From the NCBI GenBank assembly GCA_037447605.1, contig CM074808.1, forward strand, positions 3,224,001 to 3,288,000: a DNA stretch of 64,000 nucleotides, in the 5' to 3' direction. The first letter of the stretch is position 1, and each line of letters starts with the position of its first letter. The notes under the pieces are model-generated. The model did no database searches. It was given only the letters and a program-made list of their open reading frames with translations, and was not told the DNA's origin. Of this stretch, positions 13,078-28,567 are shown one piece after another. A program made the position numbers and the translations under genes. The stretch comes from Zygnema circumcarinatum SAG 698-1b (Eukaryota; Plantae; Zygnematophyceae).

Positions 13078-16000
13078 GCAAGAAGCAAGAAGCAAGAAGC
13101 AAGCAAGAAGCAAGAAGCCAGAAGCCAGAAGCAAGAGAAGCAAGAAGCAAGAAGCCAGAAGCAAGAAGCAAGAAGCAAGAAGCAAGAAGCAAGAAGCAAG
13201 AAGCAAGAAGCAAGAAGCAAGAAGCCAGAAGCAAGAAGCCAGAAGCCAGAAGCCAGAAGCCAGAAGCAAGAAGCAAGCAAGAAGCAAGAAGCAAGAAGCT
13301 AAGAAGCAAGAAGCAAGCATAAGAAGCAAGAAGCAAGAAGCCAAGAAGCAAGAAGCCAAGAAGCAAGAAGCTAAGAAGCAAGAAGCTAAGAAGCAAGAAG
13401 CAAGAAGCCAAGAAGCAAGAAGCCAAGAAGCAAGAAGCGAAGCAAGAAGCAAGAAGCCAAGAAGCAAGAAGCAAGCAAGAAGCAAGAAGCCAAGAAGCAA
13501 GAAGCAAGAAGCAAGAAGCAAGAAACAGAAGCAAGAAGCAAGAAGCGAAGCAAGAAGCAAGCATAAGAAGCAAGAAGCAAGAAGCTAAGAAGCAAGAAGC
13601 AGAAGCAAGAAGCAAGAAGCAAGAAGCCAAGAAGCAAGAAGCCAAGAAGCAAGAAGCCAAGAAGCAAGAAGCCAAGAAGCAAGAAGCAAGCATAAGAAGC
13701 AAGAAGCAAGCATAAGAAGCAAGAAGCAGAAGCAAAAGCAAAAGCAAAAGCAGAAGCAAGAAGCAGAAGCAAGAAGCAAGAAGCCAAGAAGCAAGAAGCC
13801 AAGAAGCAAGAAGCAAGAAGCAAGAAGCAGAAGCAAGAAGCAAGAAGCAAGAAGCAAGAAGCGAAGCAAGAAGCAAGAAGCGAAGCAAGAAGCAAGAAGC
13901 AAGAAGCAAGAAGCAAGAAGCGAAGCAAGAAGCAAGAAGCCAAGAAGCAAGAAGCCAAGAAGCAAGAAGCTAAGAAGCAAGAAGCAAGAAGCAAGAAGCA
14001 AGAAGCCAAGAAGCAAGAAGCCAAGAAGCAAGAAGCCAAGAAGCAAGAAGCGAAGCAAGAAGCAAGCATAAGAAGCAAGAAGCAAGAAGCAAGAAGCCAA
14101 GAAGCAAGAAGCTAAGAAGCAAGAAGCAGAAGCAAGAAGCAAGAAGCCAGAAGCAAGAAGCAAGAAGCAAGAAGCCAGCAGCAAGAAGCAAGAAGCAAGC
14201 AAGAAGCAAGAAGCCAAGAAGCAAGAAGCCAAGAAGCAAGAAGCCAAGAAGCAAGAAGCCAAGAAGCAAGAAGCAAGAAGCTAAGAAGCAAGAAGCAAGC
14301 AAGAAGCAAGAAACAAGAAGCAAGAAACACGAAGCAAGAAGCAAGAAGCAAGAAGCAAGAAGCAAGAACCAAGAAACAAGAAGCAAGAAGCAGGAAGCAA
14401 GAAGCAAGAAGCAAGAAGCAAGCAGCAAGAAGCAAGAAGCAAGAAGCAAGAAGCAAGAAGCAAGAAGCAAGAAGCAAGAAGCAAGAAGCAAGAAGCAAGA
14501 AGCAGAAGCAAGAAGCAAGAAGCAAGAAGCAAAAAGCAAGAAGCAGAAGCCAGAAGCAAGAAGCAAGCATAAGAAGCAAGAAGCAAGCAAGAAGCAAGAA
14601 GCGAAGCAAGAAGCAAGAAGCGAAGCAAGAAGCAAGAAGCAAGAAGCTAAGAAGCAAGAAGCAAGCATAAGAAGCAAGAAGCAAGCAAGAAGCAAGAAGC
14701 GAAGCAAGAAGCAAGAAGCCAAGAAGCAAGAAGCAAGAAGCTAAGAAGCAAGAAGCAAGAAGCCAAGAAGCAAGAAGCTAAGAAGCAAGAAGCAAAACAA
14801 GAAGCAAAAGCAAAAGCAAGAAGCAAGAAGCAAGAAGCCAAGAAGCAAGAAGCTAAGAAGCAAGAAGCAGAAGCAAGAAGCAAGAAGCCAAGAAGCAAGA
14901 AGCTAAGAAGCAAGAAGCAAGAAGAAGAAGCAAGAAGCAAGAAGCCAAGAAGCAAGAAGCAAGAAGCGAAGCAAGAAGCAAGCAAGAAGCAAGAAGCAAG
15001 AAGCTAAGAAGCAAGAAGCAAGAAGCTAAGAAGCAAGAAGCAAGAAGCAAGAAGCAAGAAACAGAAGCAAGAAGCAGAAGCAAGAAGCAAGAAGCAAGAA
15101 GCAAGAAGCAAGAAGCAAGAAGCAAGAAGCAAGAAGCAAGAAGCAAGAAGCGAAGCAAGAAGCAAGCATAAGAAGCAAGAAGCAAGCAAGAAGCAAGAAG
15201 CCAAGAAGCAAGAAGCCAAGAAGCAAGAAGCAAGAAGCCAAGAAGCAAGAAGCTAAGAAGCAAGAAGCAAGAAGCTAAGAAGCAAGAAGCAAGAAGCAAG
15301 AAGCCAAGAAGCAAGAAGCAAGAAGCCAAGAAGCAAGAAGCAAAACAAGAAGCAAGAAGCAAGAAGCCAAGAAGCAAGAAGCCAAGAAGCAAGAAGCCAA
15401 GAAGCAAGAAGCAAGCAGCAAGAAGCAAGAAGCAAGAAGCAAGTAGCAAGAAGCAAGAAGCAAGAAGCAAGAAGAAAGAAGCAAGAAGCAAGAAGCAAGA
15501 AGCAAGAAGCAAGAAGCAAGAAGCAAGAAGCAAGAAGCAAGAAGCAAGAAGCAAGAAACAAGAAGCAAAAAGCAAGAAGCAAGAAGCAAGAAGCAAGAAG
15601 CAAGAAGCAAGAAGCAAGAAGCAAGAAGCAAGAAGCAAGAAGCAAGAAGCAAGAAGCAAGAAGCAAGAAGCAAGAAGCAAGAAGCAAGAAGCAAGAAGCA
15701 AGAAACAAGAAGCAAGAAGCAAGAAGCAAGAAGCAAGAAGCAAGAAGCAAGAAGCAAGAAGCAAGAAGCAAGAAGCAAGAAGCAAGAAGCAAGAAGCAAA
15801 AAGCAAGAAGCAAGAAGCAAGAAGCAAGAAGCAAAAAGCAAGAAAGAAGCAAGAAGCAAGAAGCAAGAAACAAGAAGCAAGAAGCAAGAAGCAAGAAGCA
15901 AGAAGCAAGAAGAAGCAAGAAGCAAGAAGCAAGAAGCAAGAAGCAAGAAGCAAGAAGCAAGAAGCAAGAAGCAAGAAGCAAGAAGCAAGAAGCAAGAAGC

Positions 16001-16291
16001 AAGAAGCAAGAAGCAAGAAGCAAGAAGCAAGAAGCAAGAAGCAAGAAACAAGAAACAAGAAACAAGAAGCAAAAAGCAAGAAGCAAGAAGCAAGCAGCAA
16101 GAAGCAAGAAGCAAGAAGCAAGAAGCAAGAAGCAAGAAGCAAGAAGCAAAAAGCAAAAAGCAAGAAGCAAGAAGCAAGAAGCAAGAAGCAAAAAGCAAAA
16201 AGCAAAAAGCAAAAAGCAAGAAGCAAAAAGCAAGAAGCAAGAAGCAAAAAGCAAGAAGCAAGAAGCAAGCAGCAAGCAGCAAGCAGCAAAA
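13078..16291. repeat. ~3.2-kb (AAGCAAG)n heptamer satellite with variant units
   Basis: Continuous array of AAGCAAG with AAGCCAAG, AAGCTAAG, AAGCG, AAGCATAAG, AAGCAG and AAACAAG variants. Nearly pure heptamer at ~15480-16040. The + strand is almost T-free. Confidence 0.98.
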
Positions 16292-16368
16292 GACGATGAC
16301 ATAGCCTCTTAACAAAAAAGAGAGAATTCAACCAAAAGAGAAGAGAGAATAAAAGACAGCCGTATGTA

Positions 16369-17761
16369 TCACATGTCTTTTTCACAACTTCCACCACAAC
16401 AATAATGTTTAATGCTCTTCAGCAGGGCCGTACTGTCTAAACAACTTTTCAGCAAGTGCCATCCGCAACACCGCCCCGTCCACATCATCTTCAACCATAT
16501 GTGCATCCCTATCCGCAACACCGCCCCGTCCACATCATCTTCAACCATATGTGCATCCCTATACTCATTTTCTCTACCGCTCATTGCAATTTCAATTTCC
16601 TCATCACCAATGTCCTCTACCCTTTCATGTGTGAGCAAAAAAATGTGTAAAGTACATGCTGTTATAGAACTATCAATAAGATCTTGCGGGTCAGTCATCT
16701 GCTGTTTGGAATCTAAGATAACCCATCGTTTTTTTAAAATTCTATAGCATCTTTCGATACACATGCAAGCTTTGCTATGATAAACATTAAATGACTGTTG
16801 TGGCTCCATACTGGAGTTGCCTACAAAAAGCCTTAACAAGCTTTTTTTCAAAGGGTAACCTGCATCCCCAATGATGTACGGTGAGATACTCATGCCTTCT
16901 ACTTCCTTCGCATTTCCTTCTAAGCCTCCCCCGAACGTGATTGCTCTGCCAATTCCTGAGTTTACAAATACTCGAGCCAATTCCTGAGTTTACAAACACT
17001 CGAGCATCATGAACTGATCCTTCTAACCTGAACATCTAATATACGGGTATCAAGAGCCACCACAGTTTGCATAACCAACGCTATAATTGTGGTTCCTATT
17101 GTACCAATCTTTATTGCGTAAACCCGAACCTAAAGTAATGTTTATATGAGTTGCGTCAATGGCTCCATAACAATTTATAAACCCTGTATGCTCCTCAAAT
17201 TGTCTTGACACATTCTCAAACTGTTCCGCACTTGGCCAACCCATATATTGAGGAGTTAAAATAGATCTTACGCTTACAGAAAGCTGAGTGCTTTCACCGG
17301 ACAGTCAACACTTACTCCAAAAACTGCACTGACAACAGATGAACGTACTCCTTGGGCTAACCTATATAAAGACATCTCTATCTGCCTACGTATTTCTAAG
17401 GCGACGGTTTGGAATGGTAAGGAAAACTGTGGGAGGATTTGTTTTTAACTCTTCACCTAACTCATCAGTCAACATAGAGACAAGCCCCTTGGAAAGTCTA
17501 AACTTTTCTATATATTACTCACTTGTTATGTCCTCGATCAGAAACAATGAAAAATGCGGTCTCCATAATACGCATACTAATACGTCTTTGACGGACATTC
17601 CATAAATACTTTCTAAACTGAATAAGTAACTGCCGCTTTCGTGAGCTCCTCCTTTGTAGAAATACTTCAAGTAATAATATATTTAACATTATTGCATTTT
17701 CTTCTTCATTGATCAGCATGTTCAAGAGCCCAAAAAACAATAGGAGGGCTCTTCGATCCAT
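16369..17761 (-). pseudogene. Disrupted PIF/Harbinger (HARBI1-like, DDE_Tnp_4) transposase
   Basis: Fragments in several frames: FRLSKGLVSMLTDEL (HTH region), QYMGWPS, FINCYGAIDATHI, DWYNRNHNYS, GSVHDARVFVNS, YIIGDAGYPL, FNVYHSKACMCIERCYRILKKRW. Internal stops, frameshifts and tandem duplications of 28 bp (16948-17003) and 50 bp (16461-16560). Confidence 0.9.
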
Positions 17762-18123
17762 ACTGTTGCCGGAGAGTGTTGCTAGTACTACCAAACCTGG
17801 GAGAAGACAACGCAGAAAGGGAACGGAAGCCTCCGGCCGTGGAATTGCGAGGCAAACGCCGCGAATGGCGTTGCCGCGAAAGGTAAGGAAGTGGGGAAGA
17901 GAAGGTAGGGGGGAGGTGGCGGCTGTAGTGGCGGCGTCCGTCGCCTCCTGCAAACCCTAAAAAATTGTCGACGGTGACGCGCGTACGGTAACCGCGGTGG
18001 GCCACGGCGGACGCTTCAAATCGTGCACGTGGCGATCGCTGATTGGAAAACGGCGTTTTGATGGAACTCGTCGTTTTATCTGCAAAACGGCGTCCTACGT
18101 GGCCCGTAACGAGCTCGTTACGA

Positions 18124-18146
18124 AACGGGCTGATGGAAACCCACCC
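18124..18146 (-). repeat. Right TIR of Harbinger element
   Basis: Exact reverse complement of 12891-12913, followed by TSD TCA. Confidence 0.95.
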
Positions 18147-19394
18147 TCAGACTTGCAGGGGGAGGGGGGCGGGGGTCTCACAGACCAATCCCAAGTCCAG
18201 TTCACGCCAGCATGAGGTTCAACAAGGGGGGGGACTGTGTGGATTGATCATTGGTAAGGTGCCATGTGGATGACACGTGGTGTTTTTTCGTTGGCGGTAG
18301 CTGCGCAAAGTTCGGCGCCCCTCCGGCTTTCATTGGCCTTCCAACTGGCGTGCACGTGCGGGCGGTTGAAGCTCAGCAGTTGGTGGTTGAAAAACGTCGT
18401 TGGAAAACGCTCCGCAATCTCCGGAGCTTCAACCGGTTGAAAGAAAGTTCAACCACGCCAACAAAACTGACCTGTGGACAGGTTAGGACACAGGATTGCC
18501 AACCATTGGATTGGCCAACCATTGGACAGCCGTTGAACCATTCATTAGAAAAAGTTGCAGCCGTAGGTCTAAAAATTCAAGACAAACGTAATTCATTCCT
18601 GATGTCTCTCGTTCAATTGAACGCAGCAAAAATGAACAATTTAAAATACCAAAGGTGTCCATAGACCGCGGTGGTACGTTACAAGCAAACCCCGGACCAC
18701 TTCTAAGTCTGACACGCCCTATTTGGGGGTTTCAAATCGGAGAAAAACGGCGCTGAAATGGCCGTCTTTGTGCTGACTCGACTGTCACAATCCGCTGAAT
18801 CTAGACCGGATGTGTCGGAATACTCATTGCCTGTCGCACTGAAAACCGCACTTTCGACTCTGATGGATATTTAAGATTGACACCCCCTATTGGAGTCAAC
18901 TTTTTTTGAACCAGTGTCTGTCAAATAACAGAGGCTCGCATTTGCATTTTTTGACGTAAAATTAAAAAGATTTTCAGCATCGTCAGTTTTGAGAACTATA
19001 CTTCTGACAAAATTCACCAGAGGTAAGGAAGGCTTCTACAAAAATAACTCAGCCTACAAACAGCGCCACACGGTGGTAATGAATTTCAGAGTTCCATGTG
19101 TGGCTGCTTCCATGGTCGGTCAACCCCGGTGGTCGTGGGGCGAGTGAACCCCCCCCCTCCTTTATTCCTGCAAGAGAAAAGCGGCAGACTTCACTACTTT
19201 CTCATAGCCTATGTAGAGTGGGCTTGAACCCTGAACTCTTGAAAGCGCTTGTAGATAAAAGAGAATTTGAATCTCGATTTTGGAAGAGGGACATAAAAGG
19301 AATTCACATAGAGTCATTAGTGTTGCAAATGGATGCGTCTGATATAGGCCAAGGCTCTTACCCTGACATAGAACTGTACCCTACGACTGGCTAA

Positions 19395-24310
<4,916 letters not shown>

Positions 24311-24503
24311 CTCTGGCCCTTCCTCTACAGCTTAGAAGCAAGACGATCTTGCACGGATGAGAAACAAAGAGAGAGTGAGAGAGAGAGAGAGAGAGAGACA
24401 GAAGGAAATAAAAAAGAGGAACAAAAAAGAGAAAGGAGCACAGGAAGGGAAAGGGGGGAGAGGCTCAATGCACAAGGCGGTGAGGAAGGAGGCGGGGGAA
24501 GCG

Positions 24504-24505
<2 letters not shown>

Positions 24506-24561
<56 letters not shown>
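24506..24561. repeat. (GA)n microsatellite in the SEC23 5' region
   Basis: Direct sequence observation. Confidence 0.95.
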
Positions 24562-24562
<1 letters not shown>

Positions 24563-24589
24563 GGGGGGGAGCCCGCAAAAGCGCGCTGG

Positions 24590-24760
24590 CTGACACGTGG
24601 CACTGCACAAACCCTAACAAGCGAAGGCGCTGATCGCTGCTTCTTCCTTCTTTGAGCCGAACCGGACGCCAGCGGACAGGGGCCAATGTCCAGCTGCCAC
24701 GTGGACACTTGTTCTGACGTGGCAAGCTCTGATTGGCATACGTGCGTGCCAAGTGGACCC
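24590..24760. promoter_or_regulatory. Probable bidirectional promoter between divergent SEC23 and glycosyltransferase genes
   Basis: Start codons at 24310 (-) and ~25012 (+). GACACGTGGC, GCCACGTGG, TGACGTGGC, GATTGG (CCAAT) and AAACCCTAA telo-box lie between opposite-polarity GA/CT tracts. Confidence 0.55.
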
Positions 24761-25011
24761 CCCCAAACGGTAACTCATCCTGAGGGGAAAAGTGGAGGAC
24801 GAGGAAGGAGGAGAGCGCCTGAAGGAGGAGGGGATGCCTCTGCAGGGAGGAGATATGTCTCTCTATCAGCCATGGTGAAGCTGCCTGCCTCAGCACAGGT
24901 GGGAGAACAGGAGAAGGGAGGACGGGGGGGGTCTTGCAGTGGTTCTGCTGGAGAAGATAGTAAGGAGGTCATGGATGGAAGGGCAGGGAAAGCGAAGGAA
25001 GGATTAGGGTT

Positions 25012-27647
25012 ATGCTGACAGCGGCCTTGTGTTGTTGCTGGGATCAGAGTGCAGGAAGAAGGTCAACAGCGCTTGTTGGGGCAGTCTGTGTTCCTTTGCT
25101 GTTGCTGTGGCTGTTTTTGTTACTGTTGCGTAGATCCACATTGCAGATGGAAACATCAACAGTGGTAGAGGATATAAAGGAAAGCAATGGACAGGAAAAT
25201 CTGAGGCTTCTGTTCATGACGCTGGAATACAAGTCTGAAACGTTTTCTGGCAATGGCGTATATGCGCAAAGCATGGTTCGCTCGCTTGCCGCGCTCGGCC
25301 ATTCAGTGTTGGTTATCAGGTGAAATCCCAGACCTGCAATGGTCAGGCCTGAAATTTTTATCATCCTCCACGGATGCTTGTCCATGTTTCAACTCTCCCT
25401 TTTTTCCTCTGACAGAGGTTGAGCTACTGGCATTTTGAGCAGTCAGTTTGAAGGGCTGATGGAGCCCTAGGAGCGCCACAACCACTCGGAGCAAATAACG
25501 TGTTGGTGAAAGCAGCAGCGCCACTGGAAAGCAGCATCTTACGTGTTCTACAGCTCGGGTATTGCTATGCAGTGCAGCACCTTCACCTGAATGGGGGCCA
25601 CAGGCAAGACCTGGAGAGCGAACTTGTGAATGGAAGCTGGTGGAAGTAACGGTGCCAGTATGGGGCCGCCTCGATTGGAAATGCGGCTGGCGCGAATTTG
25701 CAGCAAGAATCTCCTCGGAGTTAGTGGAGGAAGTTGTCCGCTTCCGCCCACATTGGGGCCTGGTTGTAGACTGGTCTGCGGTAGAAGCTTTCAAGCAGGT
25801 TGTGAGCAGCTCTGTTTGGGCGTTAAGAGGCGTGGAAGCTCCTCCTATGGCGTATCTGAACTATCGCATATACACATTTTCGGAGTATGCTGGAGATGAT
25901 GCAGCTTCTGAAAAGGAGTTTTATCGCACTCATGAATCTCACGCTGTGGCTATGGCATCTGCGGTGGCAGCCCTGAGCACTCGGTACGTGCCTGATCAGC
26001 ATGAGTGAAGCGGGCATTAGCATATTTTGATTAAGGTTTGCTTTGGACGACCAACAACTTGATCGTTTTGGTGCTTCGGATTTTGGCTTTCCCACATTCA
26101 ATTTCCAACTCGTTCACTCTCTGCCCGAGGGTGTCTTGACAACAAATGCAACGTGTGAATTGTTTGGGAGGAGTTTAGTCCTTTTATTTGAAGCTTAACG
26201 CCTGATAGCAGTGGAAGGCATTAGGGGACAAGACAGATTGTTAGAAATGGTGGTGTGCACCAATCCAAAGATCTTCATCTTGGAAGCTTCATCGATTTTC
26301 ATCAAGTTGCTAGCATGTAGTTAAGAAGGAATGCCTTACAAAATAAGCTGTGTCATCTCCTTCGTAGCCTGGCTGCAACAATTCGCCCGGCCTTATATTC
26401 TTTTCAAGTTCTCGCCTTGCAGGGACGCAGACTTTCTAGCAGCTGGAGATGGCTTGGGCCGCTTGAGGCGTCAGGGCGTGGAGGGACGCGCTTTGCTCCC
26501 CCCCCTGCGTGAAGACGTCCGATTACTTGCATTGAAATCAAAAGCACTACGTCAGCCAGAGGTGCGTGGAAATAACAAAGTGAGTAGGTAGCTATTTTTA
26601 GTTGTACAGTGCATGTAACTATCAGGACCTATACACTTTTTCTGGAGATTTCTTATGGTTTTTTCTTTCCGCCCCTCCTTTTTTTTTTTTGGAGACGTCC
26701 TTAAGGCCTGTGCATGCTATTTTAATGGATGTGGCAGGTTGAGGCAACCCTCGAGTCAAGCTGGCTTGAAGGTCGACAGTACCTGTCATGCTGTGTGAGG
26801 CTGAGCCCGGAGAAGAACGCTGCGCTATTTGCAACCATAGTGGAGCACCTCGCTTCCTTCCTGCAGAGTGCTGGCATTACACCTCTGCTCTGTATGGGAG
26901 CAGGCGGCGGAGGTGCCTATGGCAGTGAAATCCGCCAGCGAGTAGTGACAGCTGTCCCGTCCTCAGTGGTCGTTGAGGGCTTTATGGGTGCTGAACGTCT
27001 GACAGAAGTGTACTCACAGGTGGGCATGTATAGTCTGACCTAGGATGCATCATAAGGCCAAGGGTTTGGCCATCGTTAATTATAGCAGAATCAGATTGTA
27101 CAAATTATCTCCACATGAATGTTTTGCAAAATTCATTGGAATGCATTACTTTCTCTCTCGGTCTGTTTCTTTCTCTCACTCCCTCGTCATCTCACCTCCT
27201 TTCCCCGTTTCCCCTCAATTGGACGCCATTTTGAGTTCCTCTGTACCTCTCTTTCGCTGCCATGAATTGACTTTCCTGCGGCATTTACGATGCTTGCAGA
27301 CCCTGCTGAATGTGCATCCCTGCCTTTACGATGCATACGGCATGACAATTGTGGAGGCTGCGGCCTTCAGCGCTCCTTCAGTGGTTCACGACGGGCCAGG
27401 TGGTGCTGTTGGAGCTGCCGAGCTTTTGGCCCCATCCCGAGGTCTGGCCATTGGGGTCAACTTGGCAGGGCCCCTCGCAGACATCTGTGAGTACATTCAG
27501 ACTGCCTTGGAGGGTCCAAGGCGCTTGGCTCAAGTGGGTTTGGCTGCGGCTGAGAGGAGTGTGTCGTGGAGCGAGCGAGCCAATGCGGAGCAGCTCACTC
27601 GCATTATTGAAGAGGCTCCTCGACTGCCTGCTCTGGTGGGCCAGTAG
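25012..27647 (+). CDS. GT-B fold glycosyltransferase (GT4/Glycos_transf_1-like) with N-terminal transmembrane segment
   Basis: Hydrophobic LVGAVCVPLLLLWLFLLLL, then TLEYKSETFSGNGVYAQSMVRSLAALGHSVLVI, RLSPEKNAALF, and LNVHPCLYDAYGMTIVEAAAFSAPSVV (E/D-x7-E nucleotide-sugar motif). GT-AG exons join in consistent phase. Start codon uncertain. Confidence 0.8.
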
Positions 27648-28567
27648 GCATTGGCTGTTCCAAGCTGGGCAGCGTGCTAATGCTATTGGAGCTACTCGGC
27701 CGGTGCAGCTTTTTGTTTCTTTATCAGGGATAGATATATTATTTTCCCCCAAACTTTTACTTCTTTAAGGGTTATGGAGTTATTGTAGGTTGAATGTATT
27801 CAGAAGGTAGCTCAGCTGTGGGGAGTCCAAGTACAGTACCCCGGGGCCTCCCTCCATTCCTGAGTCGATCTTATTGGAGATTTTTAATCATAGTGAGCAG
27901 GTGAAAGTGGTCGAACGGGCCCATACTCATCTAACATTCTGATGATGCCGTGACATTTTTTTCTTTACTCTCTGAAGAGATTGTTGTGAGGTAGTGTCTT
28001 TGCATACATTTTTCATGCCAGGACAGACATCGAAACAGCTAATGATGTTAACTTGTGCCTGTTGATTGCTTCTTAATAAAAAATGAATCATGTAACTCTC
28101 TCGGCATTGTTGTGGTCTTGCGATGTATGAAGCCATCTTGGTTTCACAATTTTATCTGACAAGTGAGCATCAAGCATCGAACCATAACCAAGGGCAGTAG
28201 CAGCAATGAGTCGATGGCGCCCTACCATGGGGCCATGAAGTCTTAATTTGTGTTATGAGATCCAATAGAGTTCATGGAATTGCAAAGCACATTCACAGTA
28301 TCAGCCAAAAATGTGAACGGCATGGCCATGGGATGCATGCAGGAACACGGAATGTCAAAAATCGAGCCGTCCCATGTAGCCGTTTAACGGCGCGTAGAAC
28401 GCCCAGTTCTCCACATGGAACGCGGCGACCGCTTCACCCTGAGCCTGACGAGGGCGTTTGCTCAACCCCATTTTCAGGCCGGAGGAGAGAGAGAGAGCGA
28501 GAGAGAGGGAGAGGGAGAGGGAGAGGGGAAGAAGAAGGTAAATCTTGAAAAGGAATAGCGGGAGGCC

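Larger units (their letters stand above)
12891..18146 (-). mobile_element. PIF/Harbinger DNA transposon (non-autonomous, satellite-bearing), 5256 bp
   Basis: Perfect 23-bp TIRs GGGTGGGTTTCCATCAGCCCGTT (12891-12913) and AACGGGCTGATGGAAACCCACCC (18124-18146). 3-bp TSD TCA at 12888-12890 and 18147-18149. Internal DDE_Tnp_4-type transposase remnant. Confidence 0.92.

Noticed and set aside
13078-16291. CRISPR array or telomere interpretation of the satellite
   Set aside because: No unique spacers and a eukaryotic context; internal position inside a TE, and the unit is unlike TnAGGG telomere repeats.
12773-16397. Many long ORFs (KKQEARS / LLASCF repeats, up to 514 aa)
   Set aside because: Artefacts of a stop-free heptamer satellite; no non-repetitive coding context.
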